DNA of 64,000 nucleotides from Chlorokybus atmophyticus (Eukaryota > Plantae > Mesostigma and Chlorokybus algae). The DNA is taken from the NCBI GenBank assembly GCA_009103225.1, contig RHPI01002069.1:459378-523377 (forward strand), given 5' to 3'. Below are positions 36,561 to 49,918 of this stretch, piece by piece (positions within the stretch are counted from its first letter, which is position 1; each line of letters starts with the position of its first letter). A program made the position numbers and the translations under genes. The notes under the pieces were generated by a model, which made no database searches, was not told the DNA's origin, and was given only the letters and a program-made list of their open reading frames with translations.

Positions 36561-37458
36561 GCACTGACACAAACATAAGCCCGCTCACATCAACACATTA
36601 GCACCAGGGCCCCGAGGCCTAGGCTAGGGCAACACTAAGTGAATGTGTAACATGTACATTTATAATATGGGACATATATGAGGCATGTGGCTCCCCCAAT
36701 CATAGCTGCCATGATGGCAGCGACTTTTACTGCCGTAGCTAGTGATTAAGGCGCCGATATTACAGAATGCAACGGCAGTAAAGTAGTAGAGGCAGCAGCC
36801 AATGTACCTGCCACAATCCCAAAGCGTCGTTAGCAACCGCGGCCATGCACTTAGCCTAGGCCTAGTGTACCACTGGCGCCGCCAGTGAGTTCAACTCATT
36901 ATTAAGTTATACCCGTTAGGGTTGGCAGTAACGGCAAGTAGACGACAAACAGGTCAGTATCCGTTAGGCATAGGCAGTTTCCGTTAAGCAGGCCAACACG
37001 GGTTGGCAATCTCTACTGTAGAGGGTGTGAGACACCCAATGAGACACCCATAAATATAAGTGGCAATGCCTGGTGCATACCATATTATGTATGCGGGCAC
37101 TTACGTGCTCCCCGCATGGCATGTTTGTTGGTGGCGACCTTACCAATCGCATGTCTTCACTTACCATATGGTCCGTCACCTGCTTGCTGCTTGCTGGATC
37201 CGTGCACTTGCATGTGTAACAGACGTTGGCAAAGCATCGTATACAAAAACGCACCTGTGATCTCCAAATACAGCTCCTTAAAGTTGCATTAGTGGTTTCG
37301 CCGCGTTTACATCACCTTGCGTGTGTGATACCCCTCAAGCAACAACCCACACATCCACTTTGCGTGCTCACACACAAAATGGTCCCAACGTGTGGGTAGT
37401 CAAACATATCATACCAACCGAGCCATGACCACATCTAGCTTGGCTGACAATGCGATGT

Positions 37459-37610
37459 CTAACTATAGGTGAGGTGCCCTTTGGGCCTGATACCCGCAAA
37501 CAAGTCAAGCTTGTTGTAGACGCGGGTGATGAGATGGGTCTCCGGGGTCAGCAACAGCTGCACATCCAGGTAAGGCTCTGTCACCCCCGGGGCGGGCCGC
37601 AGCTGTGCAT
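37459..37610 (-). mobile_element. possible Penelope-like retroelement RT C-terminal fragment
   Basis: Translation EPYLDVQLLLTPETHLITRVYNKLDLFAGIR resembles the PLE RT motif [FY]LDx-x-I...(T)xx[VL]YxK; isolated, no introns. Confidence 0.42.
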
Positions 37611-39051
37611 GACAAGGACAAGATGGCCTCCGAGTATAGACCCCCTGCCAATGCGTCATCACGCATGTACATAAAGGCATGCATGTTGGCTTTGAGAAAA
37701 GTAATTCATGTTTTGGAGGCGCGTGCCCGCTGCATGCATGCATGAGATCATAGACAACGGCAACATAACGTGCATGCATTAGCAGCTTCGCAACGTGTAA
37801 AGGCAAAGTCTGCATTGCGTCGGCGCGAGCAAGGAGAAATTGCATCGACAGATTGAATTGCTGCATAGATGGCATCAATGTTTGGGAGGCGCTAGTGCTT
37901 ACCTTAATGACTTCAACTCATCCAACGACGCCATCGTGCAATGCAAGCAAAAAACAAGGCAATGTACGGTACAAACATCAGGACGATTCTCAACGGTGTC
38001 TTCGTTCATGCAAACCGCCGACGGTTTTAACGATGTTTGCTGCAGTGAGGGGTTTTGCATGGTTAAGTCCTAAATATGGAGATTAAGATTAAGTAATTTG
38101 CGGTGACGAGGAATGATGACATGGACAATCGAAGAGAATTAGAAAGGCGAAAATGGCTATTTGCGATTTTAAAATCAGTAGCGTCATCGAATAAGAATTA
38201 AGTCCATTCTAAGAACTGATGAGCTAACGTTTTTTGCCGATGAAAACCGGCATTCAAAGGCATGATTGCCAACTTGCAAACGCAAATCATGCTTTTTGTA
38301 GGATTGTTGTGCATTACAACTTGCAAGTAAGAAATTATCGACTATAAAAAAAGCAATGTTGCTGACTTCAGGATTGCACTGAACTCGCCATGCACATCGA
38401 TGTGTATAGCAACCCGTCATAGACAAAAATCTTTAAATTCTCATCATTTAAATGATCATACATGCACCGCATTGCATGTATTAAACGTACAATATGTGCG
38501 TATACACATTCACAACATTGCACACATCACATGCACTCATCAGATAATTGCGCAGCACAGCACGCACCACACACACACAGTCGCGCAACACAAATTAACG
38601 AGCCACTTTATGGGTATTGGTTGAATAAACATGGAGCTCTTTGACTTAGGCTTGCAGGAGGGCTAGCTACGTGCAATGCAAGCAGCAGCAACAGCAGGCT
38701 TGCAGATATGACGCATCAACATCAGCAACTTGTGTTCCCCACCTAGGTCGTCGTAGAGCAACATACGCACCTCGCATCAATGTATCACATGTGAGTCAAC
38801 CTTTAAAGTATCAACAACACCAAGTTTGTATGACCAGTACAGTGAGTGCTAAGTGTGTCCACGGTATACCACATATGCAATTGTGTATGTACCATTTCCC
38901 AAGCTATCTCAGCGCATAACAAGCACATAAAGGCTGCACCAACCACGTCCATCCAACACCCAACATCCTGTACACATCATCGAAGAAGGGAGTTGTTCAT
39001 ATGCACACCCAACCTCATTCATCCAAACAGCACTAACAGTCCCCCCCATCC

Positions 39052-42000
39052 CTACCCCCCCGCCTCGATGCGTCGTCTCCTCTCCGCCCGCAGGTACGCG
39101 CTCCGCCTCCTCGACCTGAACCCGGGGTCCTCCCCGCGCAGGAGGTACCCCGTCGTGTCCGACGAGGACGACGCGTTGCCGTTGCTGCGACGATCGCGAC
39201 GACCGCCATTGCCGGGGGAGGAAGGGCGGCGGCGGTGGGAGGCGGCGGGACGGGATAGGGAGGGGGCTGTTGTGAAGTTGTGTTGAGCTCGTGAGAGATG
39301 TGACATATGCAAGCATGTGGTGTCCGCATGCTAAGTGCATGCATGCTATGTGCATGTTAAGCACACCAGACGCATGACAAAGTAACCTGCATCTTGTCGT
39401 TGTTGGCCAACAAGTTGTACATGCCATAACGCACAAGATGCTTGTTGCTCTGCATGCATGTGTGCAACATGCACCTTGCATGGTGCAAGCAAGGTGCATG
39501 ATGCTTTGCACATGCAAACAGCGCAGTGCGCATACCGTCGGTGGAAACTGTCATGCGGCGACGCTTCTGCTTCGTTGGTGTTGATGCGCGTCTGCTTCCA
39601 TCACTCGGACTCGGAGTCTGGACACGCCACATCAACCATGAGACCAAAGTCCACGTACTATACACGATACTTATAACTTACACAACTTCTATACCACTCA
39701 CTTGAGCACGCCCGGTCTGACCCGCGAGGGCCCACGGCCCCTGCTGCGCTGCCCTCGCAGCCCTCACACGCGCTTCTCTCTCTGCAGCACTCTTAAGGAT
39801 GGCCTTCAGCACCCTACGCCCACCCTTCTCTTTGTCCTCCTCCTCCTCCTCCTCCTCCTCCATGTCGTCCTCATCATCTCCCTCCCATCTGCTGAATGTC
39901 GCAGACTCAGAGCGCTGATACAACGGATCCGATATACGTGTTGATCGCCATGGTATCGCCGACACCGCGTCTCTGGTGGGCATGGATAACGACCGGATGC
40001 GGTAGGGCGGGAGGAGCGGTGGGAGGAAGTTGTTGTTGTTGTTGTTGTGTGGGGTTGAGGGGGAAGGTGAGATGGTTGATGATGGGGGAGTTGTGGGGCG
40101 GTCTTGCATACGCGAGGAGGGGCGCTGGCTGTGGCGGGAGGGTGCGCGCGAGGACGAGCGTGAAGGGGGGGCCGAGGGCCTATAGAGTTGTGTTAAAAGG
40201 AGGAGAGCTGGATGATGGTGGTTGCAAAGGTTGGGAGCAAGAGTTGAATCAACATACACGAACGTTACCATGTGTCGGCTGTCAGGGACTCGGGGCGGTT
40301 GCGCACCGCTTGGTCCTCTTCCCTTGCTGCTGCAACCTGTTGGCAAGAGTACATGTACATGACATGTGACATGCAATGCTGGCAACGCTCAGCGTGCAAC
40401 TCATGTATTCGGGTTCGCATTGAACACTTACAGCCGTACGCCAGGCTCTCCGCTGCTCCTCCCACTGCCTTTGCATCCTCTCCAGCTGCATCACCCTGAC
40501 ACGCAAAGATCTCATCACTAATACAACCAACCTCTTCATTGCTTTGACAAATAACACACATACACACCAGATCTCTCTTTGGTGTAACAACCACACATAC
40601 CATAGCTCCCTCTCGGCTTCAGCGCTCTGTCTGAACCGCCTCCTGACCTTCACAGGCTGCTCGATGAAGCGCTCCACGAAGGAAGCCGACGTGGACGGCT
40701 TCGGCCTCCACGACCTCGCCCAACGCATCGACCCAAACCCACTGCAAGAAATAACTCAACGGTAATGTTGTTGCTTAATTTGATGTTGTTATTGATGACG
40801 TTAGCAATGTTTCCCCAACCTGTCTTGGCTGTCCTTGATATAGGGATGCTTCTTGAACGGGTGCTTGAACCCATGCGCTTGGCGCTGCTGTTGTTGTTGT
40901 AGTTGTTGTTGCTGCTGTTGTTGTATCTGTTCTTGCGACACCCGCTTAGCGCGTGCTCGCCACGACCCGACCACGCTCGTGACGCGCCACACGCTCAACG
41001 GCGTGACGCCAACTTGACGCGCTCGCGCTTGCCCTGTGCTGTTGCTGGGTGCGCCAGGACCTGATTGTTGCTGTCTGGCAGGGAAGGGGTAAGAGGACTT
41101 GGTGTTGGATGATGAGGAGGAGGAGGAGTCGTTGTCTGATGAGGAAGAGGAGGGGTTGGTGGCTGTGGTGAGGGACGTTCTACGGGAGGCGGCGGCGTCT
41201 GCAGCGCCCTCGCGGGAAGCGGTGCTGGATCTGCGAGGTTTGCGGCGCGATCGCGACTTGGTCTGCAGCGCAGATGTTGTTGGTTGATGACACATACACA
41301 CACATATGCGCGCACGCACACACGTGCACACATACACACCTTACTACTGCTTGGCAATCCATACCTTTTTGGCGTGCTGCGGTGGGAGTGAAGGCCTGTC
41401 CAATGTCAATCCGCCATGATCCTCTAACGCGGCCTGCGAACAGAGAAACAAGAGATGTGTACTCTTACATGATATTCAAGCGATCTGCGACTGCCCGCGA
41501 TCCCCACTTGTGTCACATGACAGTTGTGTGCGCTAACCTGCAGCATGGCCTCACGCGCGGCCTCCTCCTCAGCAGCCTTCTGCGCCGCACTGCGGTCTGC
41601 AAGCAGGCTCTGCGTGCGCTCAAGATGCGCCAACTCCTGCGTGAAGTCTGCACACGCACACAACAACCATGAGCACAACACCCACAACTGGGCCAACAAC
41701 AACCACAACAAGTACCATCATCCTGGCCGAAGCGATCGAGCCAGGCCTCAAAGGTGTGTATCTCCTTGAACAGGTCGTAGTCGTCGCCGATGCCGCCGCC
41801 GTTGGCGGAAGCGCCCTTACCCATCTCACCGGCGCGGGCAACAAACTCCGCTGCCTCCTTGCCCTGTGTGACTATTGTTGTGAACACACATGTTTACATA
41901 CACAACCACACATGCGAGCTGCGGGTGCACTCATACCTTGAGAGACATGAAGCGCGCGCGCATCTCGGGTCGCCAGGCACCTTTGGTCCCTTTCCGCCAG

Positions 42001-42855
42001 ACCTGTTACACCCACACACGTAGTTGTGCAAGTTGTGCACATGGCATGAACACCCGGTTGTAAAGCGCACAGCAATGCGTGTATGCGTGCGTGCACGTGT
42101 TCATGCGTCATATACATACCGATTCAAGCACCGCCTCCTCGTTCTCGGACCCAGACGACGACTCTTTGCTCTTCTTCTGCTCATCACCGCCGCCAACAAC
42201 GTTCCCGCCTTTCACCCCGTCCGCTCTTTTCCCACTCTCACCCCCCACCTCACCTCTCACCTCACTGATCAGCCTATCTATCCCAGACTCCCCAACATCC
42301 TGTCCGTATTGCCCCCCTCGGGACCGCAAACGCGAGCGTGGGCGCGAAGAGGGCGGGTCCACACCGTGTCCGTTGGGAGGTGTGCCCGCGCGTGAGAGAG
42401 CCTCAGCGGCCTCGCGTTGGGCGCGGCGACGACGACGTGAGGCTTTTTGGAGGACGCGACGCGCCTCTTCAGCAAGACCAGCTATGTTGCCCTGGTCCTC
42501 ATCGTCATCCCCGTCATCGTGAGACTCACCCTCGTCGTTGTTGGGTGTTGTGTGGCTGTCGTTTGGGGTGCTCGCGCGCGAGGCTGTGCGGGATTTGAGG
42601 GATTTACGGGAGGGGGGACGGGCTGCGGGGAGGAGGTTGAAGTTGTCCGGGAGGGCGTTGTCCTCGTTGTCGTCGCGGCAGGGCTTGTCGCTGTCGGAGG
42701 AGGAGGAGGAGCCGTCCATCTCGGCCGTGAAGAACCTCTCGCCCTCGGACCTGCATGTGTGCGTGTGCGTGTGCGTGCGCGTGAGCGTGCGCGCGCGCGG
42801 GTACGTGCGTGCTTGCGTCATGTATGTGCGTGTGTGCATACGAGCGCTCCTGCGT

Positions 42856-42930
<75 letters not shown>

Positions 42931-45900
42931 NATGCGTGTGTGCGCATGTTTGTATGCGCGTGTGTTGACACGTCCATACACTACGGGTTTCTAATCCAAC
43001 ATGCGCTCACCCCTTGAATTTGTTAAAGACGTTGCTCATCCCGCTCGCAAGCTTGCTATTCACTCTCTCCCCGCTTCCCCTTCCTTCCTGGTTCACCGCT
43101 CCTCTCCTATGCCTGTGCTTCACCCCTGGCGAGCCCGGCCCCTCACTCTGCATCATCATGTCCTGCAAGACACACGATCAAAAATCAGAGCCACGTGGGT
43201 CTGTGTGTAAAGTGTGTGTGTTGTTGTTGGGAGTTGTGTCTGTCTTACCAGGGAGGCGGACTGGAGCCATAGGGAGACGGGTGAGGACGCGGTCGGGCTC
43301 GAGGATAACGGGGAGAAGGGGGATAAGAGGGGTGGAGGAGAGAGCGTGTGCGCGCCGGGAGGAGGACTGAGGAGGATGAAAGGGGGCTTGTGGTGGCTGT
43401 GATGACTCTTGCTCATGGTATGGCCGTTGTTGTTGGTGATTTTGTTGGGTGACGTTGATGATGTTCGTGGTTGTGCATGCGTGGAGGTGTGTGCGTGCGT
43501 AGTAGAGTGTCTGTGTGGTGTGGCGGGCTCCGAGGGCGTTAGCTCCACGCGAGTGTCGAACCCGAGCGCTCGCATGCGTTGGGCTATCCACGCGGGTGTC
43601 AGGTTCACACCCTCACCACCACCATCTCCATCCTCACCCTCATTCAACCCTTTACTATCTTCCTCCTCACTGCTACTACTCCCAGCCGACGAGGACGACC
43701 CCGACGCCGCCATGTTGGGCGACACGGCCGCGCTCCCCTCCTCGTTCATCACGGCGCTCACGCCCTCGTACTGCACCTCAATCACCCGCGTGACGGACTT
43801 CACCAACATCGGGTTCCTTATCAACTCTGCATTAACAACTTCATCGTTATCACCCGCTACACCTTCCCTCTCGACCATGCGTGGACCCGCCGCAACCGAC
43901 ACAACATTAGCCTCGACAACAACGGGTCCACTCTGCAGACGGGTGGGACCGGCCTTGGAGGCCATGTCTCTGTCACGGCGAGACCTAACATTGTTGCTGT
44001 TGGGGTTGGGGTTGGGGTTGTTGTTGGAGGTGTCGGTGGGAGTGGGTGTTGGGGCGACGGTGTTGGTGTCGGCGGGGAACGGGATGGCGAAGGCGTCGGG
44101 GTTGTAGCGGGGAGGCACCAGGCCCTCGCTGGCGCGAGACTTGGCGGAGGGAGGCAAGCTTGCGACCAGGAAGCGGTAGGCTAGGACGGACTCACGCCAG
44201 GCTGACGCAACCTGCCGAGCATGCACGTGCATTGGTGTATCTACTTTGTACGTTTACACGCTTGTACACGTGAGCTCAAACCATTGCGTGCCTAAGTGCG
44301 TGCGTAAGTGCGTGTATGTGCCTGCATGTGTGTATGTGCGTGCGTATCGTAATGTGTGCGCCTCTTCGTGTGCCTCTGCGCCGGTGTGGCGTATGCTTGC
44401 AACTAGGTTCCAGTTAGACCCTCACCCTGATTGGGCTTTTGCTGGCCTCATTACGTTTCGCCTCCTCCTCCTCGCTGCTAGACGACCCCGCCTCCAAATC
44501 ATCCCTAAACCTCTCACTCCCAACAACATCCTCCCCTCCCGCTCCCCTCCCGTTCTCCTCCACGGTGAACCTCCCGTCCCTCCGTTTCGCTTCCCTGGCC
44601 AGCGCGTGTATCCTGCCATCGGCGACGAGCGCGTTGTCGCGGGCGAGCGAGACGGAGCGGAGGGCGGCGCGGTCGCGGAGGGCCGAGGAGAGGAGGGCGA
44701 GGAGGGGGGGGAGGAGGGGAGGGAGGAGGAGGGAGGAGGGGGGGAGAGGGGGAGGGGGAGGGAGAGAGGAGGGGTCGTCGGAAGGAGGGATGATCCTGGG
44801 AGGAGAGAGAGACGTTCAAGCACATGCACAAGCTCATACGTAGATGCTCGCATGCAAACTTAAGATAAGCAAGCATGCGCACACAAGCGCGCGCGCGCGT
44901 AGACACATGTATGCGCGCACACACCAACACGCACGCGCACGCATGAGCACACACATAAGGTCGCGCCCGCACACACACACTCACACACACACTCATGCAA
45001 AAAGCATGCGCATACAAACGCACGTACGTAAGCATGCACGCAAACAATGGTATGTGTATACTGTGCAAGCGTTGATGTGCGTCATACCACTCTCTCACCT
45101 CAAACACGCCCACATCTTGTTGACCAGCGCGCTCTCCGCCCTCGCGAACCTCTCCTTCTTGTTCTTCACCCACTCCCGCACCATCTTCTCTGTCGTCTTC
45201 GGCAGTCTCGCCACTCCCACCAGGCTCTCCTCCACCTTCCTCTCCATCTCCCTCTCCCTCTCCATCTCCTTGACGCGCATGGCCCTGTTCCTCACCATCT
45301 CAACCACCTTGCGCCACAGGAACACATCACCCGACATTGTGGTGCTGTCATTGTTGTTGTTGTTGTTGTTGCGGGCCATCCATGCGGCTACGAGGGTGTG
45401 ACGACGTGTCCTTGCAATAACCATGACGGGCGACACCGAGCGCGCAAGTGTGGGTGGTAGTGTTGGAGGAGTTGATGATGATGTCGATGTGAGGGACGAC
45501 AACATGGCCAGGCGGCGACGGACGGTCTCCGGCGTGTACACGTATCCCCTCCTCGCCTTTCTCACATGATCCACACAACAGTCCCTCATCACCACTCCAC
45601 TGCACCCCAGCCCAGGCAAAGCCTCCAACGCCGCCGACAAAGGCCACCTCTTCTCCTTCTTCGACGTGGACCCGCCGTTGGGCTTGGCATCCTCGGCATG
45701 TTGGGCCTTGTGGCGGTCGGCGACGAGGGCGCGGCCGTGACGAGCCGCGCGACGACGAACGCCGCGACGGAGAGTGGACCAGGCCCACTGCTGGAGGCGA
45801 AGAGGCTGGACAAGGGGGGAGGGGGGAGTATGTGGGTGTGTGTGCGTTTGGGTGGGATGGGAAATGAGTTGTGGAAAAATGGACTTACGTAAGTGAGCAT

Positions 45901-48900
45901 GTGGTGCGCGAGGTAGGAATGCCAGCGGACGCGACGTTTGGCGTAGGAGGACCACGCCAGCCAACACCGCATAAGCTGCACAATCAACCCCATATCAACA
46001 CCCGCATGCAAGCCTGAACGTTGGATCCATCAGTGGCTGATACTCTCCCCACCTGTAGGTGTGGCTTGTCATTCATCAACCCATACGCCGCCACGTGCAC
46101 CACCGCCCCTCGATCCCCAACATCGATCAGTCTCAGCGCCGCGTGCGCCTCGAGGGCGCGGTTGTCGCGCGCGTGGTCGCGGAGAGCCCGCAGACCCGCC
46201 CGGAGCTGGGAACGCACCGCGTTGGCGCGGAGGTCGGCGCGGACCTTGCGGACAAGACGATTGCGCTTTGCTAGGGCCTGTGAGGGGTTGAGAGAACCAT
46301 GAGCACAACACCCACAACTGGGCCAACAACAACCACAACAAGTACCATCATCCTGGCCGAAGCGATCGAGCCAGGCCTCAAAGGTGTGTATCTCCTTGAA
46401 CAGGTCGTAGTCGTCGCCGATGCCGCCGCCGTTGGCGGAAGCGCCCTTACCCATCTCACCGGCGCGGGCAACAAACTCCGCTGCCTCCTTGCCCTGTGTG
46501 ACTATTGTTGTGAACACACATGTTTACATACACAACCACACATGCGAGCTGCGGGTGCACTCATACCTTGAGAGACATGAAGCGCGCGCGCATCTCGGGT
46601 CGCCAGGCACCTTTGGTCCCTTTCCGCCAGACCTGTTACACCCACACACGTAGTTGTGCAAGTTGTGCACATGGCATGAACACCCGGTTGTAAAGCGCAC
46701 AGCAATGCGTGTATGCGTGCGTGCACGTGTTCATGCGTCATATACATACCGATTCAAGCACCGCCTCCTCGTTCTCGGACCCAGACGACGACTCTTTGCT
46801 CTTCTTCTGCTCATCACCGCCGCCAACAACGTTCCCGCCTTTCACCCCGTCCGCTCTTTTCCCACTCTCACCCCCCACCTCACCTCTCACCTCACTGATC
46901 AGCCTATCTATCCCAGACTCCCCAACNCCCCTCGCCTGCGCACCTTCTCCTTCAACATCCTGTTCCTCTGTTCCACCGCCGCCCCCCACGCCTTCCTCAT
47001 CGCCTTGCACTTCGCCACATACGCCCGCAACCGGTCGAAGCTCCTCCCCGTCCACGCGAGCGCCTGCAGCGACGACGCGCGTTCGCGCAGTGTCGAAGAA
47101 CGCTTGTGGTCCCAGAGCCAGAGGTCCCAGAGGGGGAGGCGGGGGCGGAAGACGGGGACGGGGAGGGAGAGACGGTCGGCGACCTGATGCACATGAAGAC
47201 AGGCGTGGTGAGGAGGTGAATCAGTGTTGCTGTCTTATATGCAACCCAATGCACTAGTAGGTTAATCCTGCTTGTAGTAGCAGTAGCCTTCTGTTGCTGT
47301 TGGTTATGCTACACGTAGCTGGAGCCGCAATCAGCAACCAATAGCAGTAAGCTGCTGTTACTTACAGTTGTACTACTACTTGTACAACTTGCAGTCCTGA
47401 GTTTACAAGCAGTAGCAATGCTGATTGTAATAGCCTACTCTTGGTGTTTATGTGATTGTAAGCGCGGATGATATTTTATTTCGATATGTTATCGGTGCGC
47501 GAACCTTGCACATGGCGTATCGGAACCAGAACTGGAACCCTACGCGCAGGCGATCGGTTTCTCGCGCCTTGGCAAAGATCGCGAACGCCGCTCCCGCACG
47601 CGCTCGCGCACCTTTGCGCAACGTCACGAGCGCTCTCCACGCCTGACCATCACAACACAACGACAATAATAATAAGGCGGAAGAGGAGGTGGACACAACA
47701 ATAACAGTAATAACACTGTACCTTTAGGGTGCGCAGGGTCAGGCGTAACGGGATCTGGCGCTCGGCCACAATGGCGAGAAGGTGTGCGAGAGTGGGCCGT
47801 TGGGGTGGGAGGAGCGTGAGGGTTGTATTGTCGGCACCGGCGTCATGTTGGTTTGAGTGCGTGATGTTGTTCATGCGTGTGGGAACGGCGCACACGCGCC
47901 AAACCTGGATGGCTGGAATCTACACGCCACAGTGCATGTTGGACTGTTTTGTCATATTCACCCACCCACATGCACACACGCATGCACACCGACACACACC
48001 TGTGCGTGTTGGAGAGAGGCAGTGAGGGCAGCAGCGAGGCGTGAAGCGAAGAGCGAGACCTCCCGCATGCGCTCGGCCCACGCCCTGAACGCCCTCCGCA
48101 TGCGCACCCGCCTCGCATTCCTTCCCGCTGAGCGCACATACATTACGTTCACCCAACTTGTCCACACGGCTGCTTGCAAAGAACAAAGAACACCACAACA
48201 ACACAAGTACACACACAACACACCTAGCACCCAGTTGCGCCATATGCGAGCCGCTGGTGCCGCCTTATTCAACCTGCTGCGCTTCGTCAACGCGCGCAAC
48301 CGCCCAAAAAACCTCACCGCCTGCGTGACACACAACACCTCCATCACTCCCACACCACCCCAACAACAACAACAACAACAACCAAAACAACGTCGTCACA
48401 CACAGCCCTCACCATCAACGCCCGCCACCTAGACTGAATCCTCACGGCGGCGTGGTCTGCCATCTGCGCGCGTCGGTGCTCGCGGACAAACTCCTCGATC
48501 TCACGCAGGGTGTCCGGGGCCTGTTGGGTGGCATCTACACCATCATGTGACATGTTGTGTGGGAGGAGTGCGAGGTGGGGGATGGAACCAACACGCGAAG
48601 GAGAAGCCCACATGGACGGGACCGGAGATGGTGAAGACGAGTGGGAAGACCTCTCTCTTGTCAAAGGTGTTGTTGTTGTGTGCGTTTGACCACTCTTAAT
48701 GTTCCATCTGCCACTCTGCTTTCTAGCCAGGTGCTTCTCCTCCTCCTCGTGCTTGTGGTCCTTCTCGTCCATGTGGTCTTGTGTGCATGTGCACGGGCGT
48801 ACGTGTGACGCGCGCGAGCGCTTAAGCGCCGACGAGGAGGAGGGGGAGGACGACAAGGTGGAGAGGGAGGAGGGGAGGAGGGCGGAGGAGCGGGAGTACG

Positions 48901-49768
48901 ATGAGTTGTGGTAGTCCTTTGTTGAGGTTGCGGCGGCGAGGAGGCGGGACTCGAGGGAGGCGGCGGAGGCGCGCAGGGAGGCGAGCTGGGCGGACAGGGC
49001 TTGGACCTGAGCATTGTGTTGGTTTGATATGTGACGCTGCCAGCGATAGTGGTTGCTTGGCTTTGAGCAGCTGGGAGTCGACGCTGGTGATGTACACATG
49101 TATACATGGGTGCGTACATTTTCATGAGCGCGTACGCACCCACCGCGTATGTGTGTGTGCGTGCGCGTGTGCGCACGTGTGTACGTGCGTGAGTGTGCGC
49201 GAGCACGCGTGTGCGCACGTGTATGTGCGTGTGTGTATGCGCGCGTGCACACGCACATCTACATACACACATACACGCGTATGTGTCTGTATGTAGATGT
49301 GCGTGTGCGAGCGTGTGTACGTATCTGCGTGCCTGCGTGTGTTTGCGAGTGTGCGCACGTGTGTGCGTGCGTGCGGGTGCGCGAGCGCGCGCGGGGGCGC
49401 GTGTATATGCGTATATGTATGTGCGCGTGTATGCGTGTGTGTGTTCGCGTGTGCGTATGAGCATGTGTGTGTGTGTGTGTGTGTGTGCGTGCGTGCGTGG
49501 GTGGGTGGGTGGGTGGATGTCACTGGGCTTGGCCTCAAAACATACATGGGCCTGCGGTGTGCTGTTGTTCAACTTCATGTGGAATTCACACAACGTCGGT
49601 TGGCACCTCATCGCTGGCTCCCGGAGCAGCAGCCGCAGAGGCGGCCAATCCCCTGCTCCAGACCGCTGGTGACGTTCGCCTGGCCGTGCCGTCCTTCGCT
49701 CCATCACCTCCTCCACCTGCTCCTAGACCAGGACCAGGTCCAGGCGGCGCGACCACCCTGCGGGCCAT
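39052..49768 (-). CDS. very large Arg/Trp-rich helical protein with an IQ motif and Sfi1-like (centrin-binding) repeats; model interrupted by assembly joins
   Basis: IQ motif [15 protein letters not shown] (~48480-48430). Repeats [63 protein letters not shown]. Exon 1 MARRVVAPP...SDE. Last exons TPSPSDG...TVSTD|APSLSRP...RIEAGG* in phase. Confidence 0.6.
41665..46926. repeat. 632-bp near-exact direct duplication (41665-42296 = 46295-46926), second copy ending at an N
   Basis: Both copies start aaccatgagcacaacaccc and end cccagactccccaac; constant offset 4630 bp; N at 46927. Confidence 0.93.
42858..42931. repeat. (TG)n microsatellite terminated by an N (assembly join)
   Basis: About 36 TG units followed by N at 42931. 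Confidence 0.95.
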
Positions 49769-49844
49769 GTCCCCGCCGCCGTCACCGTGCCTGTCGCCAG
49801 CGCCAGCGCCCGTGGTGTAGGCAGGGTTAGTCCCTTGGAGCGGG

Positions 49845-49862
49845 AAACCCTAATTAGGGTTT
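49845..49862. promoter_or_regulatory. palindromic double telo-box AAACCCTAATTAGGGTTT in a 150-bp bidirectional promoter
   Basis: Perfect 18-bp palindrome between divergent ATGs at 49768 (-) and 49919 (+). Confidence 0.6.
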
Positions 49863-49918
49863 GCAGGGGGCTGCGATCTCTCTCTCGCTCTCCTTCGGCC
49901 AAAAGGGGACATCACGTG

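Noticed and set aside
38216-38250. Hammerhead ribozyme core (ctgatga...gaaa) near the PLE-like fragment
   Set aside because: Stem II does not close directly onto GAAA and stems I/III are not evident.
42604-49716. Long ORF-track entries rich in HT/CV/RA dipeptides (e.g. 48661-49716, 49193-49672, 42604-42981; also 35763-36239)
   Set aside because: They are translations of (CA)n/(TG)n/(TA)n intronic or intergenic microsatellites, not proteins.
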